DNA of 64,000 nt from Candidatus Omnitrophota bacterium (GTDB lineage Bacteria; Omnitrophota; Gorgyraeia; Gygaellales; UBA12090), in assembly GCA_030674475.1 (NCBI GenBank), contig JAUSCZ010000029.1:2357-66356 (forward strand), written 5' to 3'. A program made the translations under genes and the position numbers. Under the pieces are notes generated by a model. That model was not told the origin of the DNA. It saw only the letters and a list, made by a program, of their open reading frames with translations, and did no database searches. Shown one piece after another: positions 23,489 to 33,550 of the stretch. Each line of letters opens with the position of its first letter. The stretch's first letter is position 1.

Positions 23489-24829
23489 ATGATGGAAACA
23501 ACACCTAACAGAAGTAAGGGACTAAAAAGTTATTCAGGATTAGTTTTATTTTTTATTTTCTCTTTTATGTTTTTTGGGTGCGTTCCGAAAAAAGAAGAAT
23601 CTTTAACCGGAAAAACAGTTACTATCTGGCACTGGATGACTGATAGAGATCAGACCTTTCAGGAATTAGCCAGGAGGTATGAAGAGAAAACCGGAGTTAG
23701 GGTTGATTTTGAACTTTACGCTCCTTCGGATGCCTATTCCCAGAAGGTGCGGGCCGCGGCCCAGGGCGAGAATCTTCCCGATATCTTTGGCATCCTGGCC
23801 GAGAAGCGGGATTTCTCCTCTTTTGTCAAGGCCGGTTATGTGAGTGATTTGACCGCTTATATGAAGGAAAATAACGCTGAATGGGAAAAGAAATTTTTTC
23901 CCAAAGCCCTGGCAGTGAATGAATTCATAGAAGGGAATTCTTACGGCGTCCCAGCCGGGATATATGGAGTGCCTGTAGATGTAATGACCATAACGATGCT
24001 GTATAATAAAACCTTGTTTAAGGAATTGGGTTTAGACCCCAAGAGGCCGCCGGCAACCTGGAATGATTTCCTGGCTGTGGGAGAGAAAATAAAAGAGGCC
24101 AAGAAACAGGGCTTGGTCAGCGGCTGGGGTGAGATATGGATGATTGATTGTCTGGCCAGTAATTTTGCCTTTAATATTATGGGAAAGGATAAGTTTTTAG
24201 CTACTCTCCGGGGTGAAGTTCCTTATACTGACCCGGACTGGATCCGGGTTTTGACTTTATTCAAGGAAATGCAGGATAGCGGATTATTATATAACGGTTT
24301 GGTGAGTATGGTGAATAAGACCGCGGAACAAATCTTTGCCAATGAGAGGGCGGTCTTTGCCTTTAACGGCTCCTGGGGGGTTAACGTGTATGACGGGATG
24401 AACCCAAAATTGGATTATGGGGTGATGCTTCTTCCCAGGGTTTCAGATAAATTTCCGGTGAGTGTCTGGGGAGGGGCAGGTTCTTCCTTTATGGTTTATA
24501 ATAAGTCGAAAAATAAAGATGAAGCAATTAAGTTTTTAAAATGGCTGACTGAGAAAGAACAGCAGGTTTTCTTGGCCGCCCAGACCAAAAACCTTCCGGC
24601 CAACAAAGAGGCTATAGGTAATATTTCGCCGATAATGGCCCAATTTTCTTTAGGCCTGGAATACGCCACCCATCCTAATACCTGGGGATTTTCCGAGTCT
24701 TCCCAGGTAACCGAGGCCTTTGATAAAGGGGTGCAGTCAATAATCATCGGGGAAAAGACGCCGGAGCAGGTAGCCGGCGAAGCGCAGAAAATCAAGGAAC
24801 GGGAGTTAGCCAAGAAAAAGAGATTATAG
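23489..24829 (+). CDS. Sugar ABC transporter substrate-binding lipoprotein
   Basis: Lipobox-like FFGC, LPDIF, LYNKTLF..LG..P..PPATW, followed by two permeases. Confidence 0.9.
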   Translation: MMETTPNRSKGLKSYSGLVLFFIFSFMFFGCVPKKEESLTGKTVTIWHWMTDRDQTFQELARRYEEKTGVRVDFELYAPSDAYSQKVRAAAQGENLPDIFGILAEKRDFSSFVKAGYVSDLTAYMKENNAEWEKKFFPKALAVNEFIEGNSYGVPAGIYGVPVDVMTITMLYNKTLFKELGLDPKRPPATWNDFLAVGEKIKEAKKQGLVSGWGEIWMIDCLASNFAFNIMGKDKFLATLRGEVPYTDPDWIRVLTLFKEMQDSGLLYNGLVSMVNKTAEQIFANERAVFAFNGSWGVNVYDGMNPKLDYGVMLLPRVSDKFPVSVWGGAGSSFMVYNKSKNKDEAIKFLKWLTEKEQQVFLAAQTKNLPANKEAIGNISPIMAQFSLGLEYATHPNTWGFSESSQVTEAFDKGVQSIIIGEKTPEQVAGEAQKIKERELAKKKRL

Positions 24830-24929
24830 AATAACGAACACCGAACAAGGAATATCGAATGATGCCTGCCGGCAGGCGAAATTCATCATTCCTTGTTTAA
24901 TATTCAAAGAGCCCGCAGCTTACGAAATA

Positions 24930-25820
24930 ATGAAAATTAAACTCAAATCCGCTTTAGAGAATTACCTTTTTGTCCTCCCTGCCTTTGTTATTTTCTCTAT
25001 TTTTTATATTTATCCTTTTTCTCAGGTGTTTTTCTTAGGGTTGTATGAGTGGGACGGTATTTTACCGACCAAGACCTTTGTGGGTTTAAGTAATTTTAAG
25101 GATATATTTTTCTCTGACCCGATTTGGTGGAAGTCAATGCTTCAGGCCGGCTGGATTACCATAATTGCCCTGATCTTTCAGAATGTCCTGGCTTTTCTCC
25201 TGGCTTGGGCCTGCGATAGAGAGATAAAACTTAAAAACTGGTACCGGTTGATTTTTTTCCTGCCGCCTATTCTTTCCGAGGTGGTGGTGGGTTTGGTCTG
25301 GCAGTGGATTTTGGAGGGCAATTACGGGTTGTTAAACAGCTGGCTGAATAATTTAGGGTTAGCCCATTTAACCCGGAATTGGCTGAACGATCCCAAAACC
25401 GCCCTTAACTGCGTGGCTATTGTGCACTGTTGGAAGGGTTTTGGTTGGGGATTTCTGATATTCCTGGCCGGCCTGCAGACCATACCCCGAGAACTTTATG
25501 AGGCGGCCAGGGTTGACGGAGCTAGTTCCTGGACAGCCTTTAGAAAGATCACTCTTCCTTTAATGGTTCCGGTGGCCATCTTAGTGGCCATACTTACTAT
25601 ATTAGGCACAATGCAAGCCTTTGTCTTGATAATTGCCATGACCGGAGGCGGCCCGGCCTATCATACCCAGGTGCCGGTTTTAAGGATCCTGGCCTCAATG
25701 CGGGATTCCGGGCGTTTCGGATATGCCTGCGCCCAGGGAATTGTCTTTGGGATTATTTTAGTAGCTGTTTCTTTTATCCAATACCGCTTCTCCAAGAGAA
25801 GCCAGGCCCGAGGCGCGTAA
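24930..25820 (+). CDS. Sugar ABC transporter permease (MalF-type)
   Basis: LAGLQTIPRELYEAARVDGAS EAA loop; TM helices. Confidence 0.93.
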   Translation: MKIKLKSALENYLFVLPAFVIFSIFYIYPFSQVFFLGLYEWDGILPTKTFVGLSNFKDIFFSDPIWWKSMLQAGWITIIALIFQNVLAFLLAWACDREIKLKNWYRLIFFLPPILSEVVVGLVWQWILEGNYGLLNSWLNNLGLAHLTRNWLNDPKTALNCVAIVHCWKGFGWGFLIFLAGLQTIPRELYEAARVDGASSWTAFRKITLPLMVPVAILVAILTILGTMQAFVLIIAMTGGGPAYHTQVPVLRILASMRDSGRFGYACAQGIVFGIILVAVSFIQYRFSKRSQARGA

Positions 25821-25878
25821 AAACAGAGCTAAGAACTAAGAGTTAAGAGCTAAGAAAAATAATAAAAGCGACCAAATC

Positions 25879-26727
25879 ATGAAAAATCCTTTATATTATA
25901 AGACTAAGAACATAGCGGTTAATACTGTTATCCATATTTTTCTGCTTACGATAGCAGTAAGCTGCGTCTTCCCTCTTTTATGGATGATTGGCTCCAGCCT
26001 CAAAACTCAGAGCACTATATTTTCTGATGTCTCTTTGATTCCCCGTCAGATGCATTGGGAGAATTATTATATCGCCTGGAAAGAAGGCGGCTTCGGCCGG
26101 TATTTTCTGAACAGCATTTTTTATACCACGGCGGTAGTCATCGGGATAATCGTGGTCTCTTCTTTAGCGGCTTATGCCTTTTCCCGTTTTAATTTCCGGG
26201 GAAAAAATCTGATGTTTTACTCCTTTATGGCGGCGATGATGATACCTATTCCGGGAAGCTTTGTTCCTTTATATGTCCTTTTGAATAAACTGCATTTGAG
26301 GAATACCCAGTTAGGCTATATTCTCTGTATGATAAATGTGGGGCTATCCACCAGCATATTCTTGTTCAAGACTTTTTTTGACAAAATGCCCCGGGAGCTT
26401 GAGGACGCCGCCAGGATTGACGGCTGCACCAAGTTCGGGATATGGTGGAATGTGGCCTTGCCTTTAGCCAAGCCGGTTCTGGCGGTGGTCGTGGTTTTTA
26501 ACGCTCTTAATGTCTGGAATGAGTATTTACTGGCCTTGCTGATTTTTGACAGCCGCTCTCTTATGCCTCTACAGGTGGCCTTAATGACCTTTCAGGGAGA
26601 GTATATTACCCGTTATCATCTTTTGATGGCCGGCCTGACCATAACCGCCATACCCATAATTATTGTCTATTGTCTGATGCAGAAATATATCGTCAAAGGC
26701 GTGACCCAAGGGGCGATTGTAGGATGA
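25879..26727 (+). CDS. Sugar ABC transporter permease (MalG-type)
   Basis: PRELEDAARIDG, WNEYL, QKYIVKGVTQGAIVG. Confidence 0.93.
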   Translation: MKNPLYYKTKNIAVNTVIHIFLLTIAVSCVFPLLWMIGSSLKTQSTIFSDVSLIPRQMHWENYYIAWKEGGFGRYFLNSIFYTTAVVIGIIVVSSLAAYAFSRFNFRGKNLMFYSFMAAMMIPIPGSFVPLYVLLNKLHLRNTQLGYILCMINVGLSTSIFLFKTFFDKMPRELEDAARIDGCTKFGIWWNVALPLAKPVLAVVVVFNALNVWNEYLLALLIFDSRSLMPLQVALMTFQGEYITRYHLLMAGLTITAIPIIIVYCLMQKYIVKGVTQGAIVG

Positions 26728-29138
26728 GATTTAAATTCAAAATTCAAAATTCAAAATTCAAAATAAATTTAAATGCCAAATATCAAAACTTAAATCAAAG
26801 ATTTTGTCATTTGTCATTTGTGCTTTGTCATTATTTTGTCATTTGTGCTTTGTCATTTGTCATTAATCCTATAACTTCTTTCGCTGAAGATAAAACCTCT
26901 TCTGAACTTATCACCAAGGCCTGGGCGGCGCAGGGGGAGAAAAAATTTGAAGCGGTATTTCAATACACTCAGGAGTGTATTGATCTTTATAAAGAGCAGG
27001 CAGATAAGGAGCATTCGGCCTTAAAGGATTATCCGGCTAAAGAACAGGCCCCTCTATCTGATGTGGCAGTGGCTTATTTTATCCAGGCCGAGGCCCTGAT
27101 GCGCCAGGGAAAGCTTAAGGAGGCCAAGGAAAAGTTTCAGTTTGTGGTTGAGCATTACCGTTACGCGGTGGCCTGGGACCCTTCCCGGGGAATTTACTGG
27201 AAGGTGGCCGGGGTAGCCAAGGAAAGCCTTGATAAAATCAATGCCCAGCTTGGCGGACAGGCCAAGGAACCAAAAGAGCCGGTTAAGCCTAAAGGCCCTA
27301 AGACTTCAATTACCCTTTATGATGCCGGGACCGAAGAGGTGGTTAACTACGAGAAATACGGCGAATTCACCAATATAGGAAGCAAAGAATATAAGTATAT
27401 AATTAAAGATCAGGAGGGCTTATCCCGGGCAGTCGGGGAGGGAATATATCCTAATACTACCTCAGTCAGGTGGGATCCCAACTTCCAAAAATTGAAAAAG
27501 GATAAGCGTATGGCAGGCTCGCATTGGGATTTTGTGAATTCACCGGATTTAGAAGCGGCTTTTTTAAAATGGGCCTCCTCCACCGAGCCGGAGGGGGTCC
27601 GGCTTTACTATACCGGATTGATCTTAGAAAAAAGCGGCTTGCTTAAATCCGCAATCAAGGCTTATTATTCAATCGTGGCGCATTATCCCGGGGCTATAGG
27701 CTGGACCTATTGGCATACCCCCTGGTATGTGGGCCAGGCGGCAATTGCCAAAATAAACTTTCTTCTCAGGCGGCATCCGGAATTAGGCCTAAGGCTAAGT
27801 GAGGCCAGGATCCGTATTGTGAACGGCTATGATAACGATATAAGTAATGACATTATTATTACCAATCCGGGTAAATTAGAAAAGATTTCGGTTCAGACCG
27901 CTAATATCTTAAGTAAGGTTAAGGATGCCTTTGGTAAGCTCACCCGGAAGAAAGAAATCAAAAAGACTGTCGGTGAAGGGAAGGTTAAGTTAGTACAGTA
28001 TCAGGATTCTTCCTGGCAGGTCTTAGTGGATGGCGAGCCTTTTGTGGTTAAGGCCCTTACCTATGCCCCAACAAGAATAGGCCAGTCGCCGGATGAAGGG
28101 ACGCTGGGTAATTGGATGAGAGAGGATTTTAACCAGAACGGCAAGATTGACGGCCCTTATGACAGCTATTTAGAGGATAGTCCGGGTAAGCCAGAGGGCG
28201 ATGGTTTGCTTTCCGATAGGCAAAGCCATAAGCCGGTCGGTGATTTTCAACTGATGAAGTATATGGGAGTAAATTCCATCCGGCTCTATCACCACCCTAA
28301 GGAAATCAATAAAGAATTGCTCCGGGATTTATACCACACCTACGGGATAAGGGTGATGATTGGAGATTTCCTGGGGAAATACGCCCTGGGTTCAGGCGCT
28401 CCCTGGAATCCCGGCACCGACTACCGCAACCCCGAACACCAAAAAAATATGCTGGAGTCGGTCCGGAAAATGGTTGAGGAATTTAAAGATGAGCCTTATG
28501 TTTTATTCTGGATTCTGGGAAATGAGAATGTCTATGGAGTGGCTTGTAACGCGGATAAAGATCCGGAGGGTTTTTTTAAATTTGCCAATCAGGCCGCGCT
28601 TTTAATAAAATCTTTGGATAAGGATCATCCGGTGGCCATTGCCAGTGGGGATGTCATATACCTGGACCGTTTTGCCAAGTTTTCGCCGGATGTGGATATA
28701 TTTGGCAGTAATGTGTACCGCGGTGATTACGGCTTCGGAAGCCTCTGGTATTCGGTGAAGGAAGAGGCGGATAAACCGGTTATGCTCACTGAATTCGGCT
28801 GTCCGGCTTATGCTGAAGGCCTCACTCAGGAAGAGGCGGAAGAGGCCCAGGCTAATTATCACAAGGGAGCCTGGGAGGATATTCTCTGTAATATGAATGT
28901 TAACTGCGGCTCGGGAAACTCTATCGGCGGGATAGCCTTTGAGTTTATGGATGAATGGTGGAAGGCTTACGAGCCCTCAAAGCACGATACCAAAGGTTTT
29001 TTTTCCGGGCCTTTTCCGGATGGATATATGCATGAGGAGTGGCTGGGAATAGTGTCTCAGGCCGACGGCAAGGACAGTCCTTTTAAGAGGCACTTGCGCA
29101 AAAGCTATTATATGTATCAGAAGGCCTGGGAAGAGTAG
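26724..29138 (+). CDS. Exported TPR plus clan GH-A (GH2-like TIM barrel) glycoside hydrolase
   Basis: MGVNSIRLY, LGNEN (acid/base), LTEFG (nucleophile), FEFMDEWWK; likely start overlaps the permease stop (ATGA). Confidence 0.8.
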   Translation: MRFKFKIQNSKFKINLNAKYQNLNQRFCHLSFVLCHYFVICALSFVINPITSFAEDKTSSELITKAWAAQGEKKFEAVFQYTQECIDLYKEQADKEHSALKDYPAKEQAPLSDVAVAYFIQAEALMRQGKLKEAKEKFQFVVEHYRYAVAWDPSRGIYWKVAGVAKESLDKINAQLGGQAKEPKEPVKPKGPKTSITLYDAGTEEVVNYEKYGEFTNIGSKEYKYIIKDQEGLSRAVGEGIYPNTTSVRWDPNFQKLKKDKRMAGSHWDFVNSPDLEAAFLKWASSTEPEGVRLYYTGLILEKSGLLKSAIKAYYSIVAHYPGAIGWTYWHTPWYVGQAAIAKINFLLRRHPELGLRLSEARIRIVNGYDNDISNDIIITNPGKLEKISVQTANILSKVKDAFGKLTRKKEIKKTVGEGKVKLVQYQDSSWQVLVDGEPFVVKALTYAPTRIGQSPDEGTLGNWMREDFNQNGKIDGPYDSYLEDSPGKPEGDGLLSDRQSHKPVGDFQLMKYMGVNSIRLYHHPKEINKELLRDLYHTYGIRVMIGDFLGKYALGSGAPWNPGTDYRNPEHQKNMLESVRKMVEEFKDEPYVLFWILGNENVYGVACNADKDPEGFFKFANQAALLIKSLDKDHPVAIASGDVIYLDRFAKFSPDVDIFGSNVYRGDYGFGSLWYSVKEEADKPVMLTEFGCPAYAEGLTQEEAEEAQANYHKGAWEDILCNMNVNCGSGNSIGGIAFEFMDEWWKAYEPSKHDTKGFFSGPFPDGYMHEEWLGIVSQADGKDSPFKRHLRKSYYMYQKAWEE
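26733..26864. repeat. Heptamer tandem repeats (AAATTCA)x4 then degenerate (TTTGTCA)n in the signal-peptide region
   Basis: Directly visible. Confidence 0.85.
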
Positions 29139-29296
29139 TGGCAGGCCTATGTGCCTGCCCAAAAGGTAATGGCTTGCCCTGTCTCGTAAGACTCCGCTGT
29201 CGGCGGGGCAACGGCGGGGATAATTGGTTTTCCCTTGCGTAAACGCTCGTAAATTTCTACGAAATTTACTTCGCACGCTTCGGGATTAATTCGCAC

Positions 29297-29337
29297 AGTG
29301 ACTTACGTTCACTCGCTTCGCTCGTTCCGTAAGTCAC
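29297..29337. repeat. Intergenic stem-loop
   Basis: GTGACTTACG...CGTAAGTCAC arms enclosing CTCGCTTCGCTCG. Confidence 0.7.
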
Positions 29338-29359
29338 GTGCTCATTAGGAGGAAGTAAA

Positions 29360-30553
29360 ATGAGTAAGAAGATGTTAGTTGTTATGGTGGGTTTTTTGGC
29401 AGTTGCTAATCTTTGCCGGGCGGCTGAAGAGGCGGCTGTCCCCGCGGCAGTTAGTAAAACAGCGGTTAGTCAGGCGAAAGAGGCCGGCAAGAATTTTAAG
29501 GTTTATACCGATAGGCAGACTTCGGATAACCATTATGCCCCTTCCGGGTGGATGGGCGATGTCGCCGATATTAAAATTAACGACCAGTCAACCGATAATC
29601 CTCACAGTGGAACAACCGCTATTCAGTTTGTGTATAGCGCTAAAAAATCTCAAGGCCAGGGTTGGGCGGGCGTGTATTGGCAGAATCCAGCCAACAATTG
29701 GGGCTCTAAAAAAGGTGGATTTGATTTAACCGGAATGACCAAACTTTCCTTCTGGGCCAGAGGGCAAAAAGGGGGAGAGATAATCCAGAAAGTTAAGGTT
29801 GGGGGAATCAAGGGCGTCTATCCGGATACCGCTGAGATAGAATCCGGCCCGATAGAGCTTACGGACAGCTGGCAGGAATATACCATTAATCTGGTGGATA
29901 AGGATCTTTCCTATATCAGCGGTGGTTTTTCCTGGGTGGTTACTGCCGATCAAAATCCGGAAGGGGCCACATTCTTTCTGGATGATCTAAAATTTGAGGC
30001 TGATATATCGGTAAAAGCGGCCAAGAAAGAAGCGCAAAAGATGCCTTTTTATGTTTTTGCCGACCGGCGTTCGGTGGGAAATCATTTTATTCCTTCCGGC
30101 TGGATGGGCGATTACGGGGATATTAAAATAGATACCGGATGGAAAGACAATCCTTATATGGGAGATACCTGTATTAAGATTACCTACAGCGGTAAAAATT
30201 CACAAGGGGCCCGCTGGGCCGGGATGTATTGGCAGAATCCTCCGAATAACTGGGGTTCTATTGATGGCGGTTATGATTTAAGCTCCTCCAGTAAGGTTAC
30301 TTTTTGGGCCAGGGGCGATAAGGGCGGAGAAAGAATTGAAGAGTTTAAGATCGGCGGGATTATGGGTGAGTTTTCAGACACGGATATCGCCTCAGTCGGC
30401 CCGGTGATTTTAACCAAAGAATGGCAGCAGTATTCCATTGATTTAAAAGGCAAAGACATTTCCTATATTAGCGGCGGTTTTTGTTGGGCTACCAATGTGG
30501 ATGTAAATCCAGAAGGGGCCGTATTTTATCTTGATGAAATAAAGTATGAGTAA
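29360..30553 (+). CDS. Exported protein with two tandem carbohydrate-binding-like domains
   Basis: Signal peptide; two ~170-aa repeats PSGWMGD...WAG.YWQNP.NNWG...DL...FWARG..GGE...SYISGGF.W. Confidence 0.75.
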   Translation: MSKKMLVVMVGFLAVANLCRAAEEAAVPAAVSKTAVSQAKEAGKNFKVYTDRQTSDNHYAPSGWMGDVADIKINDQSTDNPHSGTTAIQFVYSAKKSQGQGWAGVYWQNPANNWGSKKGGFDLTGMTKLSFWARGQKGGEIIQKVKVGGIKGVYPDTAEIESGPIELTDSWQEYTINLVDKDLSYISGGFSWVVTADQNPEGATFFLDDLKFEADISVKAAKKEAQKMPFYVFADRRSVGNHFIPSGWMGDYGDIKIDTGWKDNPYMGDTCIKITYSGKNSQGARWAGMYWQNPPNNWGSIDGGYDLSSSSKVTFWARGDKGGERIEEFKIGGIMGEFSDTDIASVGPVILTKEWQQYSIDLKGKDISYISGGFCWATNVDVNPEGAVFYLDEIKYE

Positions 30554-31847
30554 TGAAAACATAGAGTACAGAGTACAGAGTACAGAGTACAGGAAGAAAA
30601 AAATAAAATCTTTCTGTTCTCTGTTCTCTGTTCTCTGTTCTCTGTTTTTACTGGGGATGGCCTCTCGGCCGCTTCCTGAAGTTCGAATCCGCAAGCTGAA
30701 AAATAACGCTTACCAGTTATTAGTTAAAAATAAACCTTATTTTATTAAAGGGGTGTGTTATTCGCCTGTTCCGATAGGCCAGGGGCACGAGTATGATTTC
30801 TGGTCTGATCCCGCGGAACCCTGGAAGATAGACGGCAAGCTGATGCAAGAGATGGGGATAAATACCGTGCGTTTTTATCAGCTTCCCGGGAATCCGGATA
30901 GCGCTAAAAAGGTCATTAATGATTTGTATCAGCTTTATGGAATCCGTTCCATATTAGGTAATTGGCTGGGTTTCTGGGAATATCCCTGCCCGAGATACGC
31001 GGATAAAGACTTTCAGGAAAAAGTTAAAAAAGATGTTTTAGATATGGTGAGGATTTATAAGGATGAGCCCGGGGTTCTCTTATGGATTCTGGGAAACGAG
31101 AATAATTATTCATTTTCGGAAAGGGTAAATTCGTGGGGTTCACCGGAAATTGACGCGATTACCGATGTCCGAAAACGCTGTGATATCCGGGCGGGAATTT
31201 ATTATAGCTTTGTTAATGAATTAGCCAAGGAGATACATCTGATTGACTCTCAGCATCCGGTGGCTTTGGGTAACGGGGAATTAATTTCTTTGGATGCGGC
31301 TAATCAGGTTTGCCCGGACATTGATTTGGTGGCGCTTATTGTGTATCGGGGAAAGACCTTCGGTAACCTTTTTAAGTCTTTGAGGGCGACTTTTGATAAG
31401 CCGCTTTTGATTAGTGAATTTGGCGCCGACAGTTATGATGCCTACCTTAAAAAAGAAGACCAAAACGCGCAGGCGCTCTTTTTAGAGTCCCAATGGAGAG
31501 AAATTTTTAAACATTCATATCCGAATAAAGAGGGAGCCCAGAATTGTTTAGGCGCGACGATGTTTGAATGGACGGATGAATGGTGGAAGCACGATGAGGC
31601 TTCTCCGGAGAGCTGGAAAATTCAGGATACCGAAAGCAACTGGTCAAACGGGAGTTATTACTTTGACATTAAGGCTGAGCGGAATATGAATATGAACGAG
31701 GAGTGGTTTGGTATCGCGGCCTTATCTGAAGAGCGTGAGAACGGCACAAATAAAAGGGTTTTGCGCAAGGCCTATTATGTCTTAAGGGAATTCTGGAAAA
31801 ACCCGGTTTTAAATCATAAGGACAGAAAGAAGATTAAATCCAAATGA
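30546..31847 (+). CDS. Clan GH-A (GH2-like TIM barrel) glycoside hydrolase
   Basis: MGINTVRFY, LGNEN, ISEFG, FEWTDEWWK, NEEWFG; paralogous to the 26724 catalytic domain. Confidence 0.82.
   Translation: MSNENIEYRVQSTEYRKKKIKSFCSLFSVLCSLFLLGMASRPLPEVRIRKLKNNAYQLLVKNKPYFIKGVCYSPVPIGQGHEYDFWSDPAEPWKIDGKLMQEMGINTVRFYQLPGNPDSAKKVINDLYQLYGIRSILGNWLGFWEYPCPRYADKDFQEKVKKDVLDMVRIYKDEPGVLLWILGNENNYSFSERVNSWGSPEIDAITDVRKRCDIRAGIYYSFVNELAKEIHLIDSQHPVALGNGELISLDAANQVCPDIDLVALIVYRGKTFGNLFKSLRATFDKPLLISEFGADSYDAYLKKEDQNAQALFLESQWREIFKHSYPNKEGAQNCLGATMFEWTDEWWKHDEASPESWKIQDTESNWSNGSYYFDIKAERNMNMNEEWFGIAALSEERENGTNKRVLRKAYYVLREFWKNPVLNHKDRKKIKSK
30563..30646. repeat. Inverted pair of heptamer arrays (AGAGTAC)x4 / (TCTGTTC)x4+ in the CDS 5' end
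   Basis: Directly visible; the units are near reverse complements. Confidence 0.9.
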
Positions 31848-33550
31848 CAAAGCCCAAAATTAAAAATAAATTCAAAGCCCAAATACCAAGCAACAAAATT
31901 CTTGTTTTGATGTTTGGTATTGGAATTTTAAATTTATTTTGTCATTTGCTCGCTGCTGAGGAACAAATCCCTAAAAATACAGAGCAACTGGAACAACAGA
32001 TTCTGGCTAATCCTCAAGAGAATGCCTTAGCCCTGGAAGAATTGTCCGGGCTTTACTTTTCCGGGGGTCAGTATAATCAGCTGGTGGATTTTTTGAGGAA
32101 ATTGGAGAAAACCGCTGTTTCCGGATGTGAATTGCCTTTAGGCTACCATATCGGATTGTGCCGTTATCATCAATTAAGGTATTTGGAGGAAACCAGGAAT
32201 TGGCCGGAGTATTTTGACCGGGGCAATTTTTATAGAGAAGAGCTGTTTCAAGAGACACTGAAAACAGTTTCTTTATGCCCGGAATCTCCTTTGGCGATTA
32301 AAGCTCAGGTTATCAACTGGCTTGAGCATAAGGCCCAAAATGACTCTTTAGGCAAAGATGCCCTGGATAAATTGATAAGTTTAATTAATACCTATGTAAA
32401 ACAAGAAGTAGAAGTATTAAATTTAGAGGTAATTAAGGAAGCGGCGGATATTTTACAAAGAGAAGAAGAGCCGGCTTTAGCCAAGGCCGTATATAATCTT
32501 TATGTCAGCCGTTTAGACAGCGCTAAAACAGCGAAGGAAGAACTGCGCTTGGCCGCCGAGAGCGCTTTAGAGAGCGGGAATATCTCTTTGGCTGAGATTG
32601 TCTACGAACGTTATATCAATGGCATTAAAGGGTTTCTTTCTAAAGAAGATTTAGCTAAAGAGTTGACGGTGATTGCCGAACACTTTAGGTTTAAGGATAT
32701 GGCTTATGCCGAGAAGATATTTACTATTTTAGAAGATTCCTGCGGGACAGGCTGTTTCAGCGAGGAGCTTCAATATTCGCGGGCCTATAATTTACAGCGG
32801 TTAAAAGATTATTCCAAGGCGCTACAGGAATATGAAAAGCTGGTGAAAAATTTTCCCGCGAGTCTTCGTATTAATGAAGCGGAATTTAAACTGGGCGTGC
32901 TTTACACCTATATAATATCTCAGAAGGGAGAAGGCTTAAATTATTGGCAAAAGGTTATTGAGCGCGATTCGGATTTAATTTTAGTAGTGGAAAGTTTATA
33001 TCATAGGGCTCTTATCAATCAATATGGTGAATATTTGACTCAAGCCTTGGCGGACTACTCCAGGATTTTAGAGCTCATTAATAATAATCCCGATTTTAAA
33101 GAACTCACGGAGCGCGTATACGGAAGGCAAAAAGAGATTCAGGAGTCAAAGCCTATAGAGTATAACCTGAAGACCTTTCTTGACGTTTCTTTAAAAAACG
33201 GGGGGATAATTAAATCTCAGGCGTTAGCTCTTAATCTTTCGGCAGAGCCTTTTAAAACTACCACGAGTCCTTCGACCGCGCTCATCATAGATAAACAGGT
33301 GAAATTCAGCCTCAATCAGCCTCAGGCAATGACCGGTTGCCTAGTTCCTGAGTTTACCTATCTTTGGTCCGGAGATTTAGGCGGTATTTATCCTGTTCCC
33401 GTAACTCCGGAATTTTCCGCCGATTATCAAACAAAAGGGGTCAAGGTTGTTAATGTGGTAGTCTTATCCGGATTAGAGCCGGTGGGAAGCGCCTTAGAAA
33501 TGGTGGATGTAGATGATGCTAAAGAGAAACCAGAAACCAGTAACCAGTAA
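31844..33550 (+). CDS. Exported TPR-repeat protein
   Basis: Hydrophobic N-terminus; TPR-like A...Y..L...FP.S....EAEFKLG. Confidence 0.7.
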   Translation: MTKPKIKNKFKAQIPSNKILVLMFGIGILNLFCHLLAAEEQIPKNTEQLEQQILANPQENALALEELSGLYFSGGQYNQLVDFLRKLEKTAVSGCELPLGYHIGLCRYHQLRYLEETRNWPEYFDRGNFYREELFQETLKTVSLCPESPLAIKAQVINWLEHKAQNDSLGKDALDKLISLINTYVKQEVEVLNLEVIKEAADILQREEEPALAKAVYNLYVSRLDSAKTAKEELRLAAESALESGNISLAEIVYERYINGIKGFLSKEDLAKELTVIAEHFRFKDMAYAEKIFTILEDSCGTGCFSEELQYSRAYNLQRLKDYSKALQEYEKLVKNFPASLRINEAEFKLGVLYTYIISQKGEGLNYWQKVIERDSDLILVVESLYHRALINQYGEYLTQALADYSRILELINNNPDFKELTERVYGRQKEIQESKPIEYNLKTFLDVSLKNGGIIKSQALALNLSAEPFKTTTSPSTALIIDKQVKFSLNQPQAMTGCLVPEFTYLWSGDLGGIYPVPVTPEFSADYQTKGVKVVNVVVLSGLEPVGSALEMVDVDDAKEKPETSNQ